Source of the DNA: Trypanosoma brucei | Lineage: Eukaryota | Assembly: GCA_000002445.1 (NCBI GenBank) | Contig: CP000066.1 | Location: 1,472,001 to 1,536,000 of the forward strand | Length of the DNA: 64,000 nucleotides | Direction: 5' to 3' | Part shown: positions 12,186-22,600 of the stretch, piece by piece | How positions within the stretch are numbered: position 1 is the stretch's first letter | Layout of the letters: each line of letters starts with the position of its first letter | The notes under the pieces: generated by a model | Databases searched by the model: none | Told to the model about the DNA's origin: nothing | What the model saw: the letters and a program-made list of their open reading frames with translations, nothing else | Made by a program: the position numbers and the translations under genes

Positions 12186-15020
12186 ATGGGTCGGGCAACA
12201 GAGGCACAACGTGCCGAAATGGCAAAGGAGGAAAAACTACAGCGGGCGCTGCATGAAAACCGGCAACTCAAACAAGAGGTTCTGGGATTGCGCGATAAGT
12301 TGAAGATATTGCAAGTAAAGTTTAATAAGGTAACTAATGACCTGAAGCGTGTTTCACCTGACATGTTAAAACATCTTAACGAGGTTGCTTCATCCGCTGC
12401 AACATCACCGCCCCTCTCGTCAATGCGGACCGCCACAAGCGTTGGCGGTGCTTATGCTACCCGGCAATCAACACCGGGTAAAAGATCATTTTCTCTTCAG
12501 CCGCATGCGGGAACCGGTGAGGGGGCTGCTCTATCATTGGGAGAGGCGGTGGACCCTGCAGAGTTGCAACAGTGCCGTGAAGCACTTCATCGCGCCCAAT
12601 TAGAGATCGTAGCGTTACGTGCTAATACCGCCGCAACTGTGGGGGGTACAACAGCTGGTCCCTCGCCACCATCTCCGGCTATGGTCACTGTAATAGAAAA
12701 ACTTAGACAGGATCTTGCTAGCGCTGTGGTGGAGCGAGACCAACGCGCTGCTGAGGTTAGTGTACTTCGTGACGAGTTAACACGGACTCGCACCCAACTG
12801 GAAGATGTGCAATTCACTCAACAGCAGCAACTTGCTGTGGAGAGGCACACTTGTGGCATGCTTAACGGGCGTGCCCAAGCGGCCGAGAGTGGAAAACAGC
12901 AGCTGGAAGCCGAATTTCGTCGTTCCGTTGAAATTCTCACACGGGAACGGGATGAACTTGCACTTAAGCTTCGCCTGTTACAAGAGGAGATGGACAGCGA
13001 AAAACGGTACGGGGCGGGCACCGTTGATCCCACACAGCTTGTTCAAGTTCAGGCAGATTTGCAGGATAAGTCAAGGCAAATCACTATTTTGACTAGTCGT
13101 ATGCAAGGGTCGCAGCAGCAGGTGGAGACTCTTAAGAACGAATGCAGTCGCCTTTTGGATGAACTCCAGAAGTTTCACGCGATGCATACAGAAACGAAGC
13201 GGCAGCTACTGGAACTGGAAGGTGAGCGAAATTTGTTGCAAGTACGCTGTGCACGTGTCGAGGAGTTAGAACGGACCGTGAAGCACAAAAGCGAGGAACT
13301 TATTCGTACCGAGCAGGAACTTTTGCGCACAGCAAGTACCCTGCAGAGTTGCAATAGAGAAACTGAAGAGGCTGTTCGACGTGAATTCTCCTCCCGCCTG
13401 GCAGATGTTCAGGGAATGCGGGACTCTGCTGAGGCACAACGGCGTGAAAAGGAACGACAGCTCCTCGAGGCGCAACGTGAGTTGGGGGAGCTGCGTCGTC
13501 AGTTAGAACTCACTCGCGAAAACGCCACTATGTTCCAAGCGCAGTTGGAGAAATCGGAGGAGGAACGACAAAAGTTATCAGCAATGGCCTCCGTGGCGGG
13601 GTATACTGTGAAAGAGTTCGGTGATGAAAAGGTTAGACGTGCCCTGGCGGTAGTGGCCATGCGAGGTGACTCTGGTATTGACCGTAACGGTGGGACCGGA
13701 GGCGTGACAAATGGGTTTAGTGATAAGGTTCCGGTCAATGCGTCAGACGGCGCGGCGGGGGAGGCGCTTGAAATGTGGGATGCACTTCGGTGGGATGAGG
13801 GATGGGAGGCACAACAGTTGCGTGAAGCACTTGCAAGCGCCGCCCTCGACATGGAACTGGCCGAATCCCGCTGTACTCAAATGAACGAACAACTTGAACG
13901 AAATCGTCACCTAATGCAGCAGCTGTCGCATGAACGCGACGCACTGTTAGAAGAGAACATAGAGATGCGGCGGCGGCTCACGCATGTTCAAACTGCGTTT
14001 GCCAAACAGCAACTGGAGTCATACAATGCGGCGAAGACGCGTGGCACCACAAATGGAGGAAAGGGATCAAGCGATGGTATTATCAACTTTTGCATACATG
14101 ATTTGGAGTGTAACGATGCAATGCTGCGTGCTTTGGGTGCTTCCCAAGTCGCCGGTGCGGCTGTCACTCTGTTCTTCTCGCTCGATGGTCTACGGTCGTA
14201 CGATACGATGATGTCGCCCATGTTCTACTCACTTGATAGCCCTCTTGACATACGCTTCTGCTACGATCGTCTTGACCGTGATGAAGCTACTGTTGCGGAG
14301 ATACGTGCAACAACGTTCGTGTTTCAACTTCACCAGGTATGTGGCACGGGAACAAACATTGTCGCTATGGGGGAACTTCCGGGTGTTGCGCTTCTGCAGG
14401 CACGAGAATCAGCCGTTCTGGAACGCGTTAAGCTAGTAAGCGGTAGCGGGGAGGAAGTTGGGGTTGTCGCCGTTGAGATGTGTGCTCTCAACCTGTTGTT
14501 ACCTATTCTGCTGGATCGTCCACTCTCAGGCGTTGGAAAGGATGGCGACTTTTGTCTCAGCTCAGACGCAGTGCGTGCAGCACTGGTGGCCATGCGCAGT
14601 GTCGTTGCACTCCGTGTGCAAGTTTTCCGTGCTGATGGCCTGCAGAATTCACCCACACCGCAACCGTATGTTTTCTACACCGCGGCGATGCCATCTACGA
14701 CACACGGTGGGATTAGTTGTATCCGTGATACAGTTGTTCACACGTCCACGAAAGCCTTAACATCCGATCCTGTGTTTGACGAGGAACCTATCGACCATCG
14801 TGTGGTAGTGGACAGTGAGTTGATTTCATTTGTGTCTGAGAGCTCGGTGGTATTTGTTGTGTTTGACGCGCAGGCGCGAGATGTGCGTTCGAATTTGGGC
14901 GTTGCGGAGGTTCCATTAAGGCCATTACTTGCATCACCACAGGCGGTAATACGCAAGACGGAGGTGTTACATCCACAGGGAACGCTGAGCATCGGACTAT
15001 CGTGGGTGTGTAGAAGTTAA
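12186..15020 (+). CDS. coiled-coil protein with a C-terminal C2 domain and a possible second upstream C2-like region
   Basis: N-terminal ~480 aa are heptad-like, E/R/L/Q-rich coiled coil. The C-terminal ~150 aa show a classic C2 beta-sandwich pattern (LRVQVFRADGL...PYVFYT...DPVFDE...VVFVVFDAQ...GVAEVPL). Architecture resembles coiled-coil/C2 proteins such as the T. brucei FAZ protein CC2D or RPGRIP1L-type ciliary proteins. Identity not established. Confidence 0.6.
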   Translation: MGRATEAQRAEMAKEEKLQRALHENRQLKQEVLGLRDKLKILQVKFNKVTNDLKRVSPDMLKHLNEVASSAATSPPLSSMRTATSVGGAYATRQSTPGKRSFSLQPHAGTGEGAALSLGEAVDPAELQQCREALHRAQLEIVALRANTAATVGGTTAGPSPPSPAMVTVIEKLRQDLASAVVERDQRAAEVSVLRDELTRTRTQLEDVQFTQQQQLAVERHTCGMLNGRAQAAESGKQQLEAEFRRSVEILTRERDELALKLRLLQEEMDSEKRYGAGTVDPTQLVQVQADLQDKSRQITILTSRMQGSQQQVETLKNECSRLLDELQKFHAMHTETKRQLLELEGERNLLQVRCARVEELERTVKHKSEELIRTEQELLRTASTLQSCNRETEEAVRREFSSRLADVQGMRDSAEAQRREKERQLLEAQRELGELRRQLELTRENATMFQAQLEKSEEERQKLSAMASVAGYTVKEFGDEKVRRALAVVAMRGDSGIDRNGGTGGVTNGFSDKVPVNASDGAAGEALEMWDALRWDEGWEAQQLREALASAALDMELAESRCTQMNEQLERNRHLMQQLSHERDALLEENIEMRRRLTHVQTAFAKQQLESYNAAKTRGTTNGGKGSSDGIINFCIHDLECNDAMLRALGASQVAGAAVTLFFSLDGLRSYDTMMSPMFYSLDSPLDIRFCYDRLDRDEATVAEIRATTFVFQLHQVCGTGTNIVAMGELPGVALLQARESAVLERVKLVSGSGEEVGVVAVEMCALNLLLPILLDRPLSGVGKDGDFCLSSDAVRAALVAMRSVVALRVQVFRADGLQNSPTPQPYVFYTAAMPSTTHGGISCIRDTVVHTSTKALTSDPVFDEEPIDHRVVVDSELISFVSESSVVFVVFDAQARDVRSNLGVAEVPLRPLLASPQAVIRKTEVLHPQGTLSIGLSWVCRS

Positions 15021-15682
15021 ATGCGTTGAAGAAGGAGAAGCGAATTTTAAGTTTCATGAGTGTGGTTGTGCGGAAAATTCTGAAACCCCTTGCTCCAGGT
15101 GGTTTTCATTTTTCCTTCCCAACCGGTGAGGTTTTTTGTCTTTATTATTTCCGAACGCACGCTGGTATTTTCACGTGTGCGTGGAAATCCGTGCACACGC
15201 AACCATTCAATATGAGTGTTTTTATAGGGCGCCAACTCGCATTTCTGACAGGCGATCCACTTAACCACCAGTGATTACGACCAAGCGAAGTGAGTGATCT
15301 GTGTGGCTTGCACATCCGTACGGCTTTAGTGCGACAACCAATGGTGGATTTCGTTTTGTGTGTTTTCTGTCCTCCCCGCTCCTGTTTCGGTATCTTTTCC
15401 TTATCCTTTTTCATTTCTCCACACTCTTCATCCACCTGCTTTGGCGTCTTGTCCACGATAATTTTTTTTGTTGTTGTTGTGGGACGCCTTTAATCCTTCT
15501 CCACAGTAGTGCAGAGTCGGCCGCGTAGGCAAAAAGGATAGCACAGGTCCTCCCCCCTTTTTTCTTGGGCAGTACTCTTAAAAAACAACAACAACAACAA
15601 CAACTCATTTTGCGCCCCGGAAGTGAATCGCATCACATCGCGGCCTTCAAATTAGGGAACTCCAATACCCGGCGGAGGGATC

Positions 15683-16201
15683 ATGTTATTCACCCGCTGT
15701 CTGCTAGCGGTCACGACAATCAACAGTAGCACGGCATCGGCAGCCGGCCGCCTTATTCGCATCAGGAAGAAGTCAAAATGGATTGACAGGAGAAGCAAGC
15801 GGATTCCGCATAACGGAAAGGATGTGTGGCAGTTTGGCGAACAACCCAGTTGCGCGCTATGCCACGTGCGGTTCAGGTTTAAGCAAGACTACGAGGCACA
15901 TAAGGAAAGTGAACTTCATCAAAACCGTCTGCGGTGGGTGGAGACTATGAAATGGTGGGAGGAAATCGGGGAACCCCACCATCAGCAGCACGCGGCATCG
16001 GAGTGGGAATGGTTCCGGCAGCGCGTTTTACCCGCTAAAGCCGCAGCAATGGGATTGTCAGAAGAGGATGCGGCGAGGGAATTGCGGCGTGCTGTTATGC
16101 ATGAGACACCTCGTTGGTACTCCCGCATCCAGCCCCCGAATGCCCGATCGGAGATAAAGGAACCGAGGGACCAGCGTTGGCCATCATCGCCGAAATGGTA
16201 G
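15683..16201 (+). CDS. C2H2 (U1/matrin-type) zinc-finger protein, possibly organellar
   Basis: C-x2-C-x12-H-x5-H motif (CALCHVRFRFKQDYEAHKESELH). N-terminus MLFTRCLLAVTT...RLIRIRKK is basic and amphipathic, like a mitochondrial presequence (inference). Confidence 0.5.
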   Translation: MLFTRCLLAVTTINSSTASAAGRLIRIRKKSKWIDRRSKRIPHNGKDVWQFGEQPSCALCHVRFRFKQDYEAHKESELHQNRLRWVETMKWWEEIGEPHHQQHAASEWEWFRQRVLPAKAAAMGLSEEDAARELRRAVMHETPRWYSRIQPPNARSEIKEPRDQRWPSSPKW

Positions 16202-16603
16202 TGCTATTGGTAGCATTTTCGTTGTTTCATTTCGTAACCTCCTTGAGGGGTGGTGTTGTACGCTCTAACTCGAGGGTGCTGGCCAGCGCTTTTGCATACC
16301 TTCTCTTGAGTGGAGGAAACAACCTCTTCAGCACTGCTGTGCTCAACAACCGTACGATCTACTGGCAATGTTTGCTTTTCTGTTCTTTTTTTCTTTTGCA
16401 GCATTCACCAAATTCACTTACTCCTTCCTATTCAACGATTTCCCTATTGACGCCGGATTTCCCCCATTTGAAGGTCAGGTGGAAGTAGCGAAGGAACAAA
16501 AAGGAAAAATAAAGGAAGAAGAAAACAAGAAAAGACACCTCGAAGTGGCGGGACTTGTTTATTTCTTTGCCAGTTGTGCTGCCTCTACGAGTTACTGACA
16601 CAG

Positions 16604-16666
16604 CTTTCTTTTTCTAGTTTTTATTGTGTTTGTCGGCACTGTTGACGACCGAGGTGCAGCGCAGGG
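16604..16666 (+). promoter_or_regulatory. polypyrimidine tract / putative trans-splice acceptor region for the repeat-protein gene
   Basis: ctttctttttctagtttttattgtgtttgtcggcactgttgac precedes the ATG at 16667. Confidence 0.4.
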
Positions 16667-19600
16667 ATGGACGGTTATCTTCCTAACCTTACCAGGGAGA
16701 GTTTAAACATCCCTACGAGAGGGATTTCCGGTCAAAACCAATGGCGGACGGTGCGTCGTGTTTGCAACACTGCGAGCTCTCACGATGGTTATAAAAAAAT
16801 GCTTGAGGGTGTTCGAAGGCAATTCCTTGAACCAGCATATCAGGTGCCGGTATCACGACTACCTGATGTTCCGGTACCATGCCGCCCGCCGCCCTCCTCT
16901 TCCTCTCCCGGTCGTTTCTCGCGGAACCTTCAGTACACTGTGAAGGATCGAAAAATTGTGAAGAAGGAGGAGGAAGATATATGCAGCCCCTCACTGGAAG
17001 CACTGGAGGAAAATGGACGGCAGCACATCATTGTGAATGAAGTTTGGGAGCGGCAGGTTTTGAAGCAGATGATGATTGTCCGTTATGTTACATTTGTGCT
17101 CCGGGATGAGATACGCGACTTGGAGCTTGTTGAACGAGAGCAGCGTGGCACCATCGCCTTTGAGGAGGAGAAGGAGCGCTATTGGTTGCAACATGAATCT
17201 GATGCGAGCGTTCAACTCCGTGAATACAAGTTGGCACTTTCAGCTAAGAGGGAAAAGCAGAAGAGACTACAAGAGAACGAGGCGTTGTATCGTGCTCGAT
17301 CGTCAAGTTCTCCGTTTCCCATGAATGAATTCAAGATGGAACCTGATGCCCAGAAAATCCTTCAGGAGTATCTAAAGATGAAACATCTTGCAGACGACGG
17401 TGAAGGCCAGCCTCAAGAATGCCCCCATCCCCCACTCCGGAGGTCGCCGCAGCAGCAGCGATCAGCTGAGCGCTACAGGCGATTGATAGGTAAAGTTTCC
17501 AGTCACAATAACCCACCAGTGGTTCGTGTGCAACCACTCAGTAACGTATGCAATACCTTGGGTATTGCAGCTTATATGGGTCTTCTGGAGAAAGACTCGG
17601 AGAGCCGTAAAATGATTGAGGAGCGTGAGGAGGAGGAGTACAAACGCATCATGGAGCATTTTGAGGAGCAGTCCTCTCTACTGCTGACGTGGAAGCACAA
17701 ACGCCTGCACTTGGAGCGGCTTATTTATTGGAAAGCTCAGAGTGAGGAGCGCCGGCAAAAGGAGCAACTCAGGATTGAAATGGAGGTGCTGAGGCCTCGA
17801 AAGCAGATGGCAATGCCGCACGAGGAGTTGGCGGCGCAGGAGGAAGAATTCCGTAATATGCTCGGAGCTGAAGAAGGCACGCGGCGTGGGGATTTGTTGC
17901 AGCTGCACAACGAATACTTCATGCGCACAAAGGCAAAGGCATTAGGCAATGAGGAAATGAATCTGCGGGCCCATATTCTTCAAGAAGATATTGGGGTCCG
18001 AAAGCTTCTCGTCCAGGGCCTGGAAATTATATTGCGGCAGGGTATTTGCAAGGAATGGGAGCAGAATGTTGTGATGCTTGTGCCTGAGCAGATTCAGGCG
18101 CTGGCGAAACTAAATCGAGAATGGATTGAGCACGAGAAGCAGATTCTAACGATCCAGAGGGCAGTACGTAGCTTTCGCGCCGGTCGACTCGGGTGGCGTA
18201 TCACCCATTCTGAAATCGGTCGCATTATACAAAAGAAGCGCGATATCGCAAAGATTGATCGCGGCAAAAAGTCACTTTGCGAGTACAAGAATTATCTTGC
18301 CTCGGAGTTCGCCGCCGTCGAAGAGGAAGTACGCACACTTCATGCTAATGAACGTAATAAATTGTTTGATGTAGAGTACAACAGCCGAACGATCGTGTAT
18401 ACTGAGGAGGAATGGAATCGGGGCGTGCTGCGGCGTACCGAGCGACAGGATCTATACGACAGCGTGATAGTTCCACTTGTAACAAACTGTTTCTCCGCTG
18501 AGTTAGACGCCCGCCGTGAAATTGATGTTGAAGAGGAATTCGTTCGCGGAAGGATGTGCAATTTTTTCAACCGCCTCAGTAACATCATCCGGACAAAGAC
18601 GTACGTTCTGGGGCGTGAGGTGGAAGGACGTGCCGCCATCGAAAAGGATGAAAACAATTTTTTTTTTTCAATCCTCTGCATGGAGCTAGACGACCGCGAT
18701 TTGGTTCGCATAATGATGAAAGAAATCCAAGCACAAAAGGAAGAAGAGCTGTTCGCGCAGGCGTTGGTTCTGCTTGAGTCGCGGAAAGAGGAGGAGATGT
18801 ACATGTACGCACGCCTTACTAGACTTCATTATGAATTCAAACGTGAAAAACTGGAGATTGAAGCTTTGGACCCAAATCCTCGGGCATTAATTGCTCACAC
18901 TTTTTTGAACACTGCACTCTGTTTTTTCTGTGACGAATCGGTTAAGTTTCTTGAAAACTATGGGTCGCTTCTGGTAGAGCAACATTCTGAAATTGTATAT
19001 TTGTGCTGCGTTGCGATTACGGAGGAAAGGGAGGAGGAAGCTCGCCACCTCCTTGAGCGGTTGGAGAGTCGTGCATGGCCCGAAATAACTGATTGTGCTC
19101 ACCGGGAAATGAGTTCAAAACTTAGAAAGGAACTCCGAAATATAGGAGCCGCTAGCCGAATAAAAATTTTCTATAGGAAATACCGGAATGGTGATGTAGG
19201 AAGGTCAGGCATGCGGAAGCACCTTCGCGAAGCCTTTCGCGTAATGCGAGAGAAGGCAGAGCTGAAGGAGGTTTTTGACAGGCAGCGCATTGACGTTCAG
19301 GAGTGCAGGCACAACCTCCGTGATGCGGTCGCGATACAATCCTACTACACATACAGACGTATTGCTCTTGAGCTTAGTGTAGTCGAGAATAGAGCAGAAC
19401 CCCGCGGTCGCTCAGAGTTGGAGGGTCAGGAAGAGATGATGTTCAAAATGATTTTAAACTACTTTGAACCCCCTGCTGTCCCCATGGTAGATGCAGTAAC
19501 AATATTGTTGCACAGTGAGTCGCATGGTCGTATACGAATCAAAAAAGAGTGGCAGAAGGCTATTGAAAACGATTTTACAAGAAGAAAAGAGTGGTTTGAG

Positions 19601-22600
19601 AAGGATGTGTTGGCGATCATAACGCTGAGGAAGTGGCAAAAGTTTGCTGCAGTGAAGCGCAAGAGGACTTTCATAAAGGCCGAGCTAGAAAAGCTGGTTC
19701 TATCTGAACTTACACAGCGTCATGAATTAGAGTTAAACGAGACGAATGAGCGATTTATCGATATCGTTAAACCCATGGAGTACACCACACATCACCAAGC
19801 GTATCTGGATCAAGATGTGCCGCGTTTCTTAAACGAGATGTGCTTCGATATTGGTTTCCACCTTGGAATAAAAGAGGAAGAGTGGCAAAACCGCATGCTT
19901 TTGCTATGGAGGATGCGTAACAGTTACCACGAGAAAGAGCTGGAAACTGAAGAATTTGCTACCCGCGCCGCCCTACAACAGAGCAGTTTCTACGACGGTG
20001 TTGACTTAATTGAGGTTGTTTGCGACGAAAGTATCTTGCGAGCAGCACTCTGTGATGAGCGTAGATACTTCTTGATGCGAATACTGGCAAGGTTGGAAAG
20101 AGCTTCACGTGGGGATATTATCCACAGCTACGACATCCACTCGCTATGGATGCACGAATATACATGCAGAAAGGAACTCTACGTTGAATACATATATTCT
20201 CTCCACCATATTGCCCCGGAAAAGAACACAATACAACATACAAAGTGTTTGCTCATCGATGCTGAAATATCACACACCACAGAAGCAGAAGAAAGCTACG
20301 AAAAGTCTACAAATCACCAACCGCTCAACGACAATGCAGAGGACAATAATATAACATCCTCAGCAAATATAGTTGATCAAACAAACGCCACCCCTCAGGG
20401 ACCAATAGTTGACCAACCTGCAGAAGATCTCACCAAGGCTGAGGAGCTTGATGAACCTGTTGCTGATACTGAAGTAGCTGAGAAGGAGCCTACTGATTCT
20501 GAGGTGATCCCTGAAAAGGAAATTCCAGACACTGAAGCTGCGGCTGAGCAACCTGCAGAAGATCTCACCAAGGCTGAGGAGCTTGATGAACCTGTTGCTG
20601 ACACTGAAGTAGCTGAGAAGGAACCTACTGATTCTGAGGTGATCCTTGAAAAGCAAATTCCAGACACTGAAGCTGCGGCTGAGCAACCTGCAGAAGATCT
20701 CACCAAGGCTGAGGAGCTTGATGAACCTGTTGCTGACACTGAAGTAGCTGAGAAGGAGCCTACTGATTCTGAGGTGATCCCTGAAAAGGAAATTCCAGAC
20801 ACTGAAGCTGCGGCTGAGCAACCTGCAGAAGATCTCACCAAGGCTGAGGAGCTTGATGAACCTGTTGCTGACACTGAAGTAGCTGAGAAGGAACCTACTG
20901 ATTCTGAGGTGATCCCTGAAAAGCAAATTCCAGACACTGAAGCTGCGGCTGAGCAACCTGCAGAAGATCTCACCAAGGCTGAGGAGCTTGATGAACCTGT
21001 TGCTGACACTGAAGTAGCTGAGAAGGAACCTACTGATTCTGAGGTGATCCCTGAAAAGGAAATTCCAGACACTGAAGCTGCGGCTGAGCAACCTGCAGAA
21101 GATCTCACCAAGGCTGGGGAGCTTGATGAACCTGTTGCTGACACTGAAGTAGCTGAGAAGGAACCTACTGATTCTGAGGTGATCCCTGAAAAGGAAATTC
21201 CAGACACTGAAGCTGCGGCTGAGCAACCTGCAGAAGATCTCACCAAGGCTGAGGAGCTTGATGAACCTGTTGCTGACACTGAAGTAGCTGAGAAGGAGCC
21301 TACTGATTCTGAGGTGATCCTTGAAAAGGAAATTCCAGACGCTGAAGCTGCGGCTGAACAACCTGCAGAAGATCTCACCAAGGCTGAGGAGCTTGATGAA
21401 CCTGTTGCTGACACTGAAGTAGCTGAGAAGGAACCTACTGATTCTGAGGTGATCCTTGAAAAGGAAATTCCAGACACTGAAGCTGCGGCTGAGCAACCTG
21501 CAGAAGATCTCACCAAGGCTGAGGAGCTTGATGAACCTGCTGCTGACACTGAAGTAGCTGAGAAGGAACCTACTGATTCTGAGGTGATCCCTGAAAAGCA
21601 AATTCCAGACACTGAAGCTGCGGCTGAGCAACCTGCAGAAGATCTCACCAAGGCTGAGGAGCTTGATGAACCTGTTGCTGACACTGAAGTAGCTGAGAAG
21701 GAGCCTACTGATTCTGAGGTGATCCCTGAAAAGGAAATTCCAGACACTGAAGCTGCGGCTGAGCAACCTGCAGAAGATCTCACCAAGGCTGAGGAGCTTG
21801 ATGAACCTGTTGCTGACACTGAAGTAGCTGGGAAGGAACCTACTGATTCTGAGGTGATCCCTGAAAAGGAAATTCCAGACACTGAAGCTGCGGCTGAACA
21901 ACCTGCAGAAGATCTCACCAAGGCTGAGGAGCTTGATGAACCTGTTGCTGACACTGAAGTAGCTGAGAAGGAACCTACTGATTCTGAGGTGATCCCTGAA
22001 AAGGAAATTCCAGACACTGAAGCTGCGGCTGAACAACCTGCAGAAGATCTCACCAAGGCTGAGGAGCTTGATGAACCTGTTGCTGACACTGAAGTAGCTG
22101 AGAAGGAGCCTACTGATTCTGAGGTGATCCCTGAAAAGCAAATTCCAGACACTGAAGCTGCGGCTGAGCAACCTGCAGAAGATCTCACCAAGGCTGAGGA
22201 GCTTGATGAACCTGTTGCTGACACTGAAGTAGCTGAGAAGGAGCCTACTGATTCTGAGGTGATCCCTGAAAAGGAAATTCCAGACACTGAAGCTGCGGCT
22301 GAACAACCTGCAGAAGATCTCACCAAGGCTGAGGAGCTTGATGAACCTGCTGCTGACACTGAAGTAGCTGGGAAGGAACCTACTGATTCTGAGGTGATCC
22401 CTGAAAAGGAAATTCCAGACACTGAAGCTGCGGCTGAACAACCTGCAGAAGATCTCACCAAGGCTGAGGAGCTTGATGAACCTGTTGCTGACACTGAAGT
22501 AGCTGAGAAGGAACCTACTGATTCTGAGGTGATCCCTGAAAAGGAAATTCCAGACACTGAAGCTGCGGCTGAGCAACCTGCAGAAGATCTCACCAAGGCT

